A stretch of DNA of 64,000 nucleotides. It comes from Eledone cirrhosa (Eukaryota). Positions 1 to 12,785 of this stretch are shown piece after piece. Below the pieces are notes generated by a model that saw only the letters and a list, made by a program, of their open reading frames with translations, did no database searches and had not been told where the DNA came from. A program made the translations under genes and the position numbers. The stretch covers positions 14,012,001 through 14,076,000 of the forward strand of contig OZ024751.1 of the NCBI GenBank assembly GCA_964016885.1. Direction: 5' to 3'. Numbering within the stretch: the stretch's first letter is position 1; the number at the start of each line of letters is the position of its first letter.

Positions 1-205
1 CATCTAATTACATCTCGTGGTACATCTAGTTACATCTCATGACACATCTAATTACATCTTGTGGTGCATCTAGTTACATTTTGTGGTGCATCTAGTTACA
101 TCTCGTGGTGCATCTAGTTACATCTTGTGGTACATCTAGTTACATCTTGTGGTACATCTAGTTACATCTCACGTCACATCTAGTGACATTCTCGGGGTAC
201 ATCCA
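1..205. repeat. Minisatellite, ~22-bp unit CATCTAGTTACATCTTGTGGTA
   Basis: About 9 degenerate tandem copies; array runs off the window start. Confidence 0.9.
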
Positions 206-714
206 GAGGTGCATCAGTGCACCGCAGAGCACGGTTCAGGAACCACTGCTCTAGACGTTTGACTGTGTGTCCATCATGGCTTTTCAGTGGGCCTTAGAAA
301 TGTTTGGCGGTGCCCATCTCCTCTCCAAGCGTCCAGTCCCTCACTAAGTTTAGCCTGCCAGCAGAAGTAGCTACCAGGATGTGGCTGAAAATGTCCCAGA
401 ACCAGAAGTGGTAAAAGCCAGTGTGCCTGTCCGTCCTTAAGGTTGCTGCTGCCGGACATCCAGGTGTTCTCGCTATTCGAAAACCCCGGTTTTAAAATGT
501 TTGCCGGTACTGCAATCACGTTTCTTCACGTTAATTCACTCTATTTTCAAAGAAATATTAGATAACGCTATGTACAACATTGAAATAATGTTTCATTAAA
601 TCACTTCACCCTAGTTTTAAAGAGACAGTGGGTAACGGTACGTTCGGTTTTGAAATAACGTTTCTTGAAATCGTTTTTATCTCTTTGAAATATGTATGCA
701 TGGGCCATAACTCC

Positions 715-1032
715 TGGTGGAGTCGTTGGGGTGCCATATTGACATACGGCGTTTATAGGGCACTTTTAAAGACTGGCGGAACCCATCTCCTCTCCATGTC
801 TGAATACGGCAGATTTCTTCCAAAGAAGGATATAGAGAGTGAGAAAAGAAGTGAGAAAGAGATATAGAGGAAGAATCGACCCTAGTACTAAACTGGTACT
901 GTTTTTATCGCCCTCGAGTGGATGAAAGGCAGAGTTGACCTCGGCGGGATTTGAACTCAGAGAATTTTGAGTGCTGAAACGAATATCGCAAAACATTCTA
1001 TCCGACTTTCTTAACGACTCTGACAATTCGTC
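715..1032 (-). mobile_element. tRNA-derived SINE, long-tail subfamily (tail B)
   Basis: Reverse complement of B-box GAGTTCAAATC and core TGCCTTTCATCC..GATAAAAA..GTACCAG, then CT-rich spacer and tail GGAAGAAATCTGCCGTATTCAGACATGGAGAGGAGATGGG shared with copies at ~10.9k, 35.7k, 46.9k, 47.3k. Confidence 0.8.
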
Positions 1033-1566
1033 GCTTCCCTTTGAAATAACATGTTTTTAAATCTCGGGAAATGGTACATCCGGTATTGAAGTAACGTTTC
1101 TTCAAATTTACTTCACTCTTTTTTTCTTTAAAGTAACAGTATATAACTCTATATCCTACAGAAAAATAACGTTTCTTTAAATAGTTTCTATCTCTTTGAA
1201 ATAACATGTCTATAAATCCTGGAAAACGGTACAAATGTTATATTAAAATATTAATTTTGTCCTCATCTATGTTTTACATGTGAGTTCATAGATTCTTTCT
1301 ACGTAGATTTCTTTCTTGACCCCTTTGTAGAGTTTTCTCCTGTTGTTTTAACCCTTTAGCATTTAAACCGGTCATAACCGACGGCTCATACTTATGTTAA
1401 GGTATTGTTATCAAAATAAATAACATCAAAATCTCATAGATTCGATATTATGTGAGATAATTATGTAAAGTGCTTATCGTGAAAATATAATAGTATATAT
1501 AGAGTAATGTAAATGCTAAAGGGTTAAACTTCAGTAAAGAGCGTCTCATTTGTGGATCAGGTTTTT

Positions 1567-1790
1567 GGCGGTGGATTAGCAGTATCGATAGCGTGTCGGA
1601 CAACATACTTCGCAGCATAGAGTTACAGCCCTTTGCGTAAGTTCTGAGTTCAAATCTCGTCGGGGTTAGGTTTGCCTTTCATCTCTACCGGGTCGATAAA
1701 TAAAGCACCAGTAATGCACTGGGGGCGATTTAATCGATTTTCCCTTCCCACAAAATTGCTGGCCTTGTACCTAAAGCAGAAACAATTATA
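1567..1790 (+). mobile_element. tRNA-derived SINE, ATT-tail subfamily (tail A)
   Basis: GGCGGTGGATTAGCAGTATCG head, B-box GAGTTCAAATC, core GCCTTTCATC..GTCGATAAATAAAG, tail GGCCTTGTACCTAAAGCAGAAACAATTAT. Confidence 0.85.
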
Positions 1791-2216
1791 TGTTGATATA
1801 TAAAAGTCTTTCAATAAGATTGAAGCTAGTCTAGCTATCGATGATTACCAATGAAGAAATATCGTGTATTCGAATGTGTGTTAAGGTGAAGGTTGTAAAC
1901 AGGTGAAGGTAGGTGAAGGTAGTGTAGTAAAAAGAAATGTATTTATATTATAATATCAAAAGACTCATGAAATTTATCGCACGAGATCAAGTTAACCAAA
2001 TGGATCACGAAGTGAATGGTTAACTGTTGTAGTTTCTTGTGCTTGAGTAACATGTTGCGTGTGAATGCGGAAAATACAAAAGAAATAGTGATATATTTTT
2101 GGCATTTGTATTAATCTATCATATTACAGGTGTAGGCGGACAGCTGTTTCCGAAAGTTACTGTTATTATTGTCAGGTAACTTTACTTTTGTGTGTAAAGT
2201 CATCCCGTCGTACTGT

Positions 2217-2675
2217 AGTAACTGTATAATGTTACTCCACCACAGTGTGGTAACTTTAGCCCACCATAGTGTGGTAACTTTACTCCACCATACTGTGGTA
2301 ACTTTACTCCGCCATACTGTGGTAACTTTACTCCACAGTACTGTGGTAACTTTACTCGGCCATACTGTGGTAACTTTACTCCACAGTACTGTGGTAACTT
2401 TACTCCACCATACTGTGGTAACTTTACTCCGCCATACTGTGGTAACTTTACTCCACAGTACTGTGGTAACTTTACTCCGCCATACTGTGGTAACTTTACT
2501 CCACAGTACTGTGGTAACTTTACTCCGCCATACTGTGGTAACTTTACTCCGCCATACTGTGGTAACTTTACTCCACCATACTGTGGTAACTTTACTCCAC
2601 CATACTGTGGTAACTTTAGCCCACCATACTGTGGTAACTTTAGCCCACCATAGTGTGGTAACTTTACTCCACAGT
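2217..2675. repeat. Minisatellite, 24-bp unit ACTGTGGTAACTTTACTCC(A/G)CCAT
   Basis: About 18 tandem copies; explains the VVTLLHHT/WSKVTTV/GGVKLPQY ORFs. Confidence 0.95.
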
Positions 2676-2813
2676 TCACAGCCTCCCACGTCGAATACTG
2701 TCACCGACCATAATACCTTACTGACCTCTTCGCTGTTTTCTATATTTCCACAACACTGCTACGCAGCAAAGATGTTTAATGATTGATGTCTATTTATTGA
2801 TCACATGAAATCA

Positions 2814-3075
2814 TCTATATATAAATTTGAACGACTTCCGTCCGTCCGTCCGTCATATTATATATGTGTGTGTGCATTTTTGTGTTGTGTAAAAGGAAGG
2901 AAGGGGTTGGCGAAAAAACTACAGCAAAACGGCGGCTGGCGTTACAGTTGCTACGCTGTATGAGAATGCATGTGTATGTGTGTGTTTGTGTAAATGTATG
3001 TGTTTGTAAAAGGAAGGAAAGGGGTGGTGAAAAACTATAACAAAACAGTGAGTGGTGTTCTATTTGTTACGCTGT
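2814..3075 (+). mobile_element. Possible Helitron-type 5' end followed by two ~120-bp tandem units
   Basis: A^TCTATATATAAA start with (GTCC)n, like the 5' end at 34625; units begin TGTAAAAGGAAGGAA; no CTAG 3' end found. Confidence 0.35.
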
Positions 3076-3467
3076 GTGTGACTGTATATGTATGTGTGTG
3101 TGTGTTTGTGTGAATGTATGTGTATTTGTGTGAATGTATGTCTGTGGGTGTGTATTTTTGTGTGTGTTTGCGCGTTTATATTTATATACTCATACATATA
3201 AATGTATACATATGCACATACACACATGCACAAGCATATACACGTACGTGTCAACGTTGTGATCCTTTAAGCTTCAGTAATGCCCCTTTGAGGTCAGCAC
3301 TCTAGGCGGCTTTTTAATTGACCTTAATAGTAGCACTTGTCTTGACTATAGAGAACACTATGAAAGTACTTTGCTCCAAAAGATACGAAATTGCAAACTC
3401 TCACACAACAATGTAGTGCCCACGTCAATTAAACAAAGGTAATGATGTGATTATGAAGGCTAAAAAC

Positions 3468-3662
3468 CAGACCTGCCAACCTTTAAAATCCCAAACAGGG
3501 AATACCACGAAAAAAGGTGCCCCAAAGCAGGTAGAAATGAGGCAAAATGGGGAGATTTTACATAATGAAAGCTATACCTATTTTCACAAGAGACGACATC
3601 TCTCACCCATCCCAAAGTGGGTGGGAGAACTCCCCGTCCGACGGGGAGAGTTGACAGGTCTA
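3468..3662. mobile_element. MITE (probably hAT-like), TIR CAGACCTG(C/T)CAAC
   Basis: Ends CAGACCTGCCAAC / GTTGACAGGTCT; same family at 46071 and 46623. Confidence 0.8.
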
Positions 3663-4583
3663 TAAAAATCATCCGAGTCTTTCGAAATGTTATAGGAGTG
3701 TTTAGTATTTAGTCCTATTCTTTTCTATTTGGTTTTCTTTAGTTTCTCAGGTGAATAACATATCCTGGGTTTTCTCATATCTAATCTGAACTCGGGTGTG
3801 AATCTTGTGTAAGTTTGTTTTATCAAATCTCAATTGCGGGCCACTGATTTCTATAATGGCAGTCGATTGACAAGACCTCATTAACTTAATGAGTGGGGAG
3901 GAGCTCTTCAAATCGGACCGAGAAAACAATGTTTCTATTGGTATTTCCAATTGCTAATACTATCTTGCAAATTCAGGCAGAAGCAGCAACGTAATATAAA
4001 GTGTCTTGTTCAAGAACAAAACGCATCGTCCGGTCAGGGAATCGAACTCTCAACCTCAGCCACGCGCATTCTATCATGATCAGTTCATTATTTCTGTTTA
4101 AAAGTATTTATGTTCATTAATCGTTCTTTACGCACAATTTACCTTGCTCTATTTTAAGGTTGATTTATAGTTTATGGGCCGTAACCCACCATAAAAATCA
4201 TCGCTAACAATAAGCACTATCTTTATTTTCATCAAACTGTTTTTGTTTATTTCCTCTGTTTTGTTTCTCTTTTTGGGAAGGTTTTATTTTAAATCATTCG
4301 GACTTTACTGGCGTCATTTCCACATAAATATGGTATTAAGTTTGCTATTGAGCAACCTATCGTTGCTTCAACGATCAGTGTCATTATATAAGGCGGCGAA
4401 TTGGCTGTGATTTCTCAATTCGGAGCTGTAGCGGCTCTATCTGTAGCGGCTCTCTGATCTCCGAGCTACCCACTGTATTGAGTAACGTTGCTAAAGAAAC
4501 CTTCATCACTATACAACACTAATGGTATTTTTAAAAAAGCCCTTCATGGGATTTTAAAAGTTATTATCACACACAACATACAA

Positions 4584-5113
4584 TCTAAACTATAATAAAG
4601 GAAGGTCTGCGGGACTGCGTACGGTTTATAATTTGTTATCCTCTTAGTAAAATAAGTTGGACTACTTTGAATAAATAATGAATGAATATTACATAATTTA
4701 TCTACTAAATTTCTTTAAAAAAAATAATTTCGTAAAAATAAATAATTTAAAATTGACTTCTTTTCAAAGTTGCACTTCCGGTATATCGTTGCCACCACCA
4801 CCACCACTACCATATATATAGAAAGAGAGAGTGTGTGGTGTCAAGACTTCCGGTGGCGATCACTTAAATAAACATACTAATTTTCTCCTAATGCAGTTTA
4901 TATATAATATCGTCGTTTTTTTAAATGTATCATGGAGTACGTTACTGATTACATAAGACAGTGTAACAACGTCTTCGTTCAATTTCTGTTTATATTGTCA
5001 ATTACGATTTTATTTGATGTATCATATCTACATGTATATATACTTGCGTATAATATCAATATACACACTACACATGCTAGCAGGAAACCACCCGAGGGTA
5101 GTTTTTCTGCTAG
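4584..5113 (+). mobile_element. Non-autonomous Helitron, family H2
   Basis: 5' TC (TCTAAACTATAATAAAG), subterminal hairpin AAACCACCC-GA-GGGTAGTTT, 3' CTAG, sits between A and T with no TSD; second copy inverted at 6636-8525. Confidence 0.8.
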
Positions 5114-5454
5114 TTAACAATAAATCAAGAACTATCCTTAAAACCATTGCACAAAACATCATAAGTTCCAAAGAAGGCACAAATCAGATTACACTGTCAT
5201 GGGGGTAAAATAGAATTAGTCAACTAACTAGCCTAAGCAGAACCTCGGAATAGAATTAGTCTATTAATTAGGTGCTAATTAGACCAAACAGAGACAGCGC
5301 CATAGGGTAAATTAAATTAATCCACTAATTAACAGAGACAATTTGATATCCTATCAATGATAATCCAGTTATCTCTCCTGTATGTGAAGAGCGGGAAAAA
5401 TTGTGGTACATGTGTTTCTCTTTAATGGAGTCGGTGTTGGCTTCTTCAGGGATA

Positions 5455-5825
5455 CAGTTAGGGTAGGACTTACATAGGGCTGTATGGGTGGTAGAGTAGG
5501 GCTTACATAGGGTTAGTGTGGGGCTTACATAGGGCTGATGTGGGAGGTAGGGTTGGGCTTACATAGGGCTGATGTGGGAGGTAGGGTTGGGCTTACATAG
5601 GGCTGTGTGGGTGGTAGAGTAGGGCTCACATAGGGTTAGTGTGGGTGGTAGAGTAGAGCTTACATAGGGATGTGTGGGAGGTAAGGTAGGGCTTACATAA
5701 GGCTGTGTGGGTGGTAGAGCTTACATAAGGCTGTGTGGGTGGTAGGGCTTACATAGGGATGGTGTGGGTGGTAGGGTAGGGCTTACATAGGGCTGTGTGG
5801 GAGGTAGGGTAGGGCTTACATGGTG
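5455..5825. repeat. G-rich minisatellite, ~34-bp unit GGGCTTACATAGGGCTGTGTGGG(A/T)GGTAG
   Basis: About 11 degenerate copies with several GGG runs per unit. Confidence 0.9.
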
Positions 5826-6635
5826 TGGTGTAAGACAATGGGGTAATGAGGAGGAAAGAGAAGAGCGGGAGTGACGGAATAGAAAGGGGAGAAGTGAAAC
5901 AGGGAGATAACTCTTAACAACTTATCATAATTTGGTAGAAAATGTCTTTAAAAAACGGCGATATATTTGTTTTGCAAGGTGTTTTTATATGAAATCGTGT
6001 GTTGAACACAACAGGGGGGGGGGGGGGGGCATGGAAACATGATAATCACTGAAGATGCCACAGATATGTGGTGACGAAGGAACTTTGAGAAACTATATTT
6101 ATATTTATATTTTTAACTGCTGGTCAATCAATGATAAACATTGATTGCCAGCTAAATTATTTATAGAAATATAAAAATATACTGCAACGAACACCAAACC
6201 AAACAGTGAGTGTGTTTTACTATTTTTTCTGGCAAATTAGAACAACATGGTCCTCCTCAAATATAACAATGTCTTTAAAAACTGGTCTGTTAATTGAAAT
6301 GTTTATAGTATCTTAACTAGTAAACAGATAATTGTGAGCTTTTACAGTATTACAGGAAATACTTTAATTTTTAATGTGAATAAGAGATAGTGTTGTTTAG
6401 TACTTTTCAACAAAGTCTAGCTAATGGGATTTATGTGGTTTGTTAGTTCAAATGTTTAAGTATCGTATCGTTACTAGGGAACATTTGCAGTATTATAGAA
6501 CATTAATTTTTTTTATGTGATGTGAAGATAATGTTTTGAACAACAAGAATGACTTCATTATGTTGTTTAACGTAGTTCAGTACAAGAAAGTGCTTTGGTT
6601 CATTATATAAGAAACATATTCAAATATTTAAAAAA

Positions 6636-8525
6636 CTAGCAGAAAAACCACCCTTTTCTGTAGCATGTGTAGTGTGTATATTGATATTATACGCAAGTAT
6701 ATATACATGTAGATATGATACGTCAAATAAAATCGTAATTGACAATATACAGAGAAATTGAAGAGAAACTGTGTTACACTGTTTTATGTAATCAGTAACG
6801 TAATCCATGATACATTAAAAAAAGACATCTAATATATATTTGTGAAATGGGCGGTGGTTGAAATTCAAATGTGCACGGTTAAATGGTAGTAGACGTGGTC
6901 GGACTGCAATGAAAATTTACACACCTATGTAAAACGTGCCAAGGAAGCAAATAGACGAGGTTTCAAATCTCTAACTTGAAAAATGTGGTCCCTGGGGCCC
7001 CAAAACTATCGCGTTCGGTGATTTATTTCCCCCTGTTCTAATACTTTTGTCTTATTTACAATTTCATACACATTTTTAAACTCATCAACGTTCTTTCGCT
7101 GTTAACATAGAGTACCAATAATTTGAAAAATATTATTGAAAGTTTATTATAAAGAAGCAGTTTCAGGAAAAAGTGTAAACTATCATACAAACCTTCATAA
7201 TATGCATTTTTAAACTTGCATATCATCGACATTGCTATTTCGCTGTTAATAAACTATCATCCTTCTACATTTAACGATCATACAGTACCGTTTTATGAAA
7301 TCGATTCTGCAGTACGGTCACTGTTTTCCATCAAAAGAAATAAAACCCTTGGCGATACTTGGTTTTAGTGTCCTAAATTATCATCATCGACATTCAATTA
7401 TTAGCTCCACCCACTACACGATACGTCACGAAATATTTATTTACAGTTTTTCACAGAAAAACTAAGACGTTCCCTGGCAATGAACAGAAAAAAGCGAGGA
7501 TAATACGTCGTTATGTGGAGCGTGAAGAACAATTTCATGCAGAGACAAGACCAAGTTTATGGTGTAAATGGAGTCGTTAGATTAATATTCTATTTAAAAT
7601 AACAGAATGATTTCCAGCCCCGGAGTTTAAGAATGATGTAAATAAAATTGAAAACGAAAATGACAGAGGTTATTTAAAATAGTAAAAGTAAATAGTGAAG
7701 ATTTAGGCCAGTACATACGTATGCCCCGACGGACATACACATACATACGCACACACGAATACATACCCCCCCCCCCACACACACACACACATAAACACGA
7801 ATGCACGCGCGTATGTATAAACATTATGCATTTCTACAGTATTTTCACCAAACTTAAGACATAGGTTACTTATGTACTCCGGATGGTCAAGGGCACTGTC
7901 AATTTTCCAAATATTGATTATAGGGCCTCCCGGCAGATAACCACTTTAACCACTTCCTTGGAGTCGACTGAAGCACTGCAGTGCAATGCAACAAAACGTC
8001 ATAACTTCTGGTGTTCGCAACTGATTTTAACAAAAGTTGACACATGGGCTACGCTTGTCCTACAAATGAATGTGAACTCTCAGAATTGGCATATATTGGG
8101 TAGGGGACCCTTGGGGGCAAAAACCCCATTTTGGAAAAAGCCGATCATTTTGTAAAAGTATAGTTTTCGAAGCAGCACTGAAGTATTGACATAAATGGTA
8201 TACACAACTGCTATTTAATATCCAAGCAACGCCGGGTACCTCTGCTAGTTATATATAAACTGCATTAGGAGAAAATTAGTGACAGAAAATTAATATGTTT
8301 ATTTAAGCGATCGCCACCGAAAGTGTTGACATTTGAAAATTTTAAAGAAGTGAATTTTTAAATAAATAATTAAATATATTTAATGAAGAGCCACGAAATT
8401 TAGTAGATAAATTATGTAATATTCATTCATTATTTATTCAAAGTAATCCAACTTATTTTACTAATGGTATAAACAAATTATAAACCGTACGCAGTCCCGC
8501 GTGTCTTACTTTATTATAGTTTAAA
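6636..8525 (-). mobile_element. Non-autonomous Helitron, family H2 (interrupted by 6828-8248)
   Basis: 6636-6827 and 8249-8525 are the reverse complement of 4584-5113; CTAG end at 6636; A^T insertion site. Confidence 0.8.
6828..8248 (+). mobile_element. Non-autonomous Helitron, family H1
   Basis: 5' A^TCTAATATATA, 3' CCAAGCAACGCCGGGTACCTCTGCTAG^T; removing it restores the H2 copy; 3' end shared with 34625-35151. Confidence 0.85.
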
Positions 8526-9292
8526 TAGTTTAAATTTACTTTTATTTAAGCATATCTCACAAAATATTCCTCCACTCCTTCGTGAGTACTGAACAGTAAA
8601 CCTGTTGATTTGAAAGGGTTTCCGAATAATGCTCATATTTGACTCGGTATTATTAGTAAATGTAGCATGCAAATTTCCCATAGTATGTAAGAATGCTAAA
8701 TGTCAAACTTTCTCAAGCAAAAGTGGTCTGCATATAAAAAGAATATTTTTGTGTAACAAATCAGAATATAAATGCATACGAAATAGAAATTATAAATAGT
8801 TAATGTTTATTAATACATATTGTAAGGTAATACAAAGAATGCTCAAAGATGCTCATATTCAATAAAATGTGTGTCACTATACCAATATTATGCAAACAAA
8901 CAAAAATCTCGAATAAGATTTTTTTAAATGTGTGTCGTGTAAGAAATGTGAAAGCCTGCACTGAATAACACAGGTTTGATCAACAACAAAACATTTCTGC
9001 CAATAATGAAAGACAAGTTAGACCAGAGTTCTCAAAGTCAGTTAGACTATTCGGATTTGTTACATTAAAATATTCTTTGCTGAACAATCTGTGTTTTTTT
9101 GTGTTTTTTTTTACTAATAATACTCAGTCAAATATGAGCATTATTCGGAAACCTTTTCAGACCAACAGGTTTACTGTTCAGTACCCACGAAGGAGTGGAG
9201 GAATATTTTGTGAGATATGCTTAAATAAAAGTAAATTTAAACTATTTTTTAATACTTGAATATGTTTCTTATATAATGAACCCAAGAAGTGG

Positions 9293-10490
9293 GCAGTTAG
9301 ACCAGAGGTCTCAAAGTCAAACAATGAATACCAGTTAGACCAGAGCTCTCAAAGTCAAGCAAAGAAAGACCAGTTAGACCAGAGGACACAAAGTCAAGCA
9401 ATGAAAGACCAGAGGTCTCAAAATTAAGCAAAGAAAGACCAGTTAGACCAGAGGTCACAAAGTCCAGGATTCTCAAAGTCAAGCCAAGAAATACCAGTTA
9501 GACCAGAGGTCTCAAAGTCAAGCAAAGAAAGACCAGTTAGACCAGGGGTCACAAAATCAAGCAAAGAAAGACCAGTTAGAGCAGAGGTGTCAATGTCAAG
9601 CAAAGAAAGACCAGTTAGACTAGAGGTGTCAATGTCAAGCAAAGAAATACCAGTTAGACCAAAGGTGTCAATGTCAAGCAATGAAAGACCAGTTAGACCA
9701 GAGGACACAAAGTTAAACAATGAAAGACCAGTTAGACCAGAGGTGTCAATGTCAAGCAATGAAAGACCAGTTAGATCAGAGGATACAAAATCAAACAATG
9801 AAAAACCAGTTAGACCAGAGGTGTCAATGTCAAGCAATGAAAGACCAGTTAGACCAGAAGTCACAAAGTCAAGTAATGAAAGACCAGTTAGACCAGAGGT
9901 CTCAAAGTCAAGCAATGAAAGACCAGTTAGACCAGAAGTCACAAAGTCAAGTAATGAAAGACCAGTTAGACCAGAGGTCTCAAAGTCAAGCAATGAAAGA
10001 CCAGTTAGACCAGAAGTCACAAAGTCAAGTAATGAAAGACCAGTTAGACCAGAGGTCTCAAAGTCAAGCAATGAAAGACCAGTTAGACCAGAAGTCACAA
10101 AGTCAAGTAATGAAAGACCAGTTAGACCAGAGGTCTCAAAGTCAAGCAATGAAAGACCAGTTAGACCAGAAGTCACAAAGTCAAGTAATGAAAGACCAGT
10201 TAGACCAGAAGTCACAAAGTCAAGTAATGAAAGACCAGTTAGACCAGAGGTCTCAAAGTCAAGCAATGAAAGACCAGTTAGACCAGAGGTCTCAAAGTCA
10301 AGCAATGAAAGACCAGTTAGACCAGAAGTCACAAAGTCAAGTAATGAAAGACCAGTTAGACCAGAAGTCACAAAGTCAAGTAATGAAAGACCAGTTAGAC
10401 CAGAAGTCACAAAGTCAAGTAATGAAAGACCAGTTAGACCAGAGGTCTCAAAGTCAAGCAACGAAAGACCAGGATTCTCAAAGTCAATCA
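9293..10490. repeat. Minisatellite, 39-bp unit GACCAGTTAGACCAGA(G/A)GTC(T/A)CAAAGTCAAG(C/T)AATGAAA
   Basis: About 30 copies with two alternating variants; gives stop-free frames on both strands. Confidence 0.95.
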
Positions 10491-10704
10491 CTCAAAGGGG
10501 CCATTACATCATGGGGGAGACGCACAGCGAGTCAAGAGTAAGGTGAATATTAGGGCGTGATTCCTACAAGTTGTAATGCTAATCTGCAGTGTTGGTGTGT
10601 GCAGTAGAACCATTCACATCATCGGTGACATGGCATCTATTATATTTAAGCAGTTGAATAAAAGATCTGCCGTGTGGGAAATAGGGAAAGGGTGGGAGTT
10701 AAGG

Positions 10705-10754
<50 letters not shown>

Positions 10755-10854
10755 AAGAGACAGAGAGAGAGAGAGAGACAAAGAGAGAAAGAGAGAGGGG
10801 GAGGACAGCGACCATGGTGGCATGGTGCTGACATAGAAATATATACTCCTGATA

Positions 10855-11092
10855 GAGTCGTAGGGGCGCCGTATTGACATACGTACAGCAGATTTCTTCC
10901 AGAGAAAGATAGAAAGTGAGAGAGAGGGAATGAGAAAGAGATAGGATACCGAGGAAAAATCGACCCCAATACTATCAACCTCGAAAGGATGAAAGGCAAA
11001 GTTAACCTCGGTGGCATTTGAACTCCAAGAGCCAGAGCGAATACCATAAAGTATTCGATCCGACGTTCTAACGACTTTGCCAATTCGCCGCC
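10855..11092 (-). mobile_element. tRNA-derived SINE, tail B
   Basis: GGATGAAAGGCAAAGTTAACCTCGG..TTTGAACTC core, head ...TTGCCAATTCGCCGCC, tail B sequence. Confidence 0.8.
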
Positions 11093-11430
11093 TATAATAT
11101 ACAGGGGCAGATATTAATATACGTACAAGTTGGTACATCAATATGACTGCTTAGCTATTCTTGTCTTAACAATCGTTGAATTACGCCTCATTTTAAAGGT
11201 TAAAATATTTCCAAAGCAATAACATAAGATAGTTCTAAAATATCGTATCGACAAAAAAAAAACAAAAAAACACTTATTAAACACTCTAATCATGATAGAT
11301 GTGGGAAAAAATATCGATTTCTGTTGAATCTAATACATATGTTTAACAGCTGTTTCACACTGTTCTCTACAGCTTTATCTTCCTCCGGGACATGAATTTA
11401 CTGTGAATACACACTTCAGTGACGTCTGTA

Positions 11431-11473
<43 letters not shown>

Positions 11474-11475
11474 TG

Positions 11476-12785
11476 ATTTCATTTATTGGCCACAAGCGCC
11501 GACATGTAGGGGACAATACAAAGACAGGGACAGTGGGGGGTTTACAATAAGGTCGAGTAAAAGTGCACAATCGCAAGATTAATTTAACAATGAAGATATA
11601 CAAATATAAAATAAACTATGTATAAATATAACAAAATAAATAAATTCCTCTATCGGGGGTGGACGACCCAGGGGTGACTCAGGTACCCCACCAATCCTGA
11701 ACCACCCTGCGCTTCTAGGGCACCCAGAGAGAGCACCCCTCTCCTCAAATTAGCTAGCCTATATACGCATGGTCAGAGTAGGTCCATTGACACGGGCCAT
11801 TCTCGCCACATTCATCCACCTTTTAGCAAATGTACTGGGGGCATGGCAGCACTTCTCTCTCCACCCTCACCTTCCTTCCCAGGTGAAACTTGAAGAAGTT
11901 GATGAGGGATTGGCCGAAGAGAAAAGTGTCTGTCTTCAGTCCTTTTAATCTGGTCCACCATATAACCTCTTTCTCAACTGCCACCAGACAAAGGAAAATT
12001 GCCTGCTCTTCCTGACCAAAGGAAGGCAGTGAGTCGATCTTCACTATGGACTTGGCCGATAGCCGGATCCGTTCTACACGCGACAGTATCTGTTCAACAT
12101 AACTCCACAAGTCAGTAATACACGGACATTGGACAAGTGCGTGCAGAACGGTTTTGTCGCTCTGTGTGCATCTTGGGAAGGTCCGTCTGACAGCACTTCC
12201 GTGCCTGTAGAGTTTATTCCGAACCGAGAGTGGAAGTTCCTCTGATCGCATTGCCCGCTTGGTAGAGGCCAGTGAGTGCCTGGCAACATTCCAGGTGCCA
12301 GTCACCCGGTCTCGGTCTCTTCTTGACCCAGGACTGCAGCTCAGTCAAAGAAACGAGCTGCGGAAGGGCCCGTCTGATAAACGGCGACCACACCTGTTCA
12401 CCGTTTAGGCAGAATATCTGGAGATGTCGCAGCCTCAGCGCATGTCTGCGCATCATTAGCCACGGCATGCCCGGCCCTCCGCGTAGAGGATGCTGGAATC
12501 AGATGGATCGCCTCAGCAACGGAACTTGTCCTCTCCACAATTTGAAGAGGAGCCGTTCCAACTTGACGAGGCGCGGACGGGGGAAAGGCACGACGGTCAG
12601 GCGGTAGTAGATGGCGAACGCGATGTACGCATTCGCCACCTCCGCGTAACCTTTCAGCAATAGCTTCCTCGCAGCCCATTTATGGGTGAGACTGGCTATC
12701 CTGCTCGTTACCCCGTCCCAATTCTTATCCACCTGGAGGTCTGGCCCGAACCAAACCCCGAGCAACTTTACCGGGCCTGTTCACT
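11476..12785 (-). mobile_element. 5'-truncated Tx1-like non-LTR retrotransposon (copy A1: ORF2 C-terminus and 3' UTR)
   Basis: LGVWFGPDL, GGxGMPWLMMRRHALRLRHL, PRCTQSDKTVLHALVQC; 3' end CTTGTGGCCAATAAATGAAATC followed by (ATT)n at 11433-11471. Confidence 0.9.

Larger units (their letters stand above)
6595..9285. mobile_element. Long-TIR/foldback element (~175-bp arms) whose left arm is split by a Helitron
   Basis: 6597-6635 plus 8526-8660 joined together are the reverse complement of 9110-9282. Confidence 0.7.

Noticed and set aside
274-519. GC-richer island as coding sequence
   Set aside because: No recognisable motif or convincing splice pair
2111-2786. Repeat-protein ORFs (also 9424-10541, 51525-52216, 54476-55664)
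   Set aside because: Unit lengths are multiples of 3, so several frames on both strands stay open; no independent coding signal
6049-6085. CTGAAGA plus hairpin GCCACA-GATA-TGTGGT
   Set aside because: No GAAA-stem III-NUH half and no stem I partner
4586-8523. Single 4-kb foldback transposon
   Set aside because: The arms have TC/CTAG Helitron ends and separate A^T sites; they are two inverted Helitron copies
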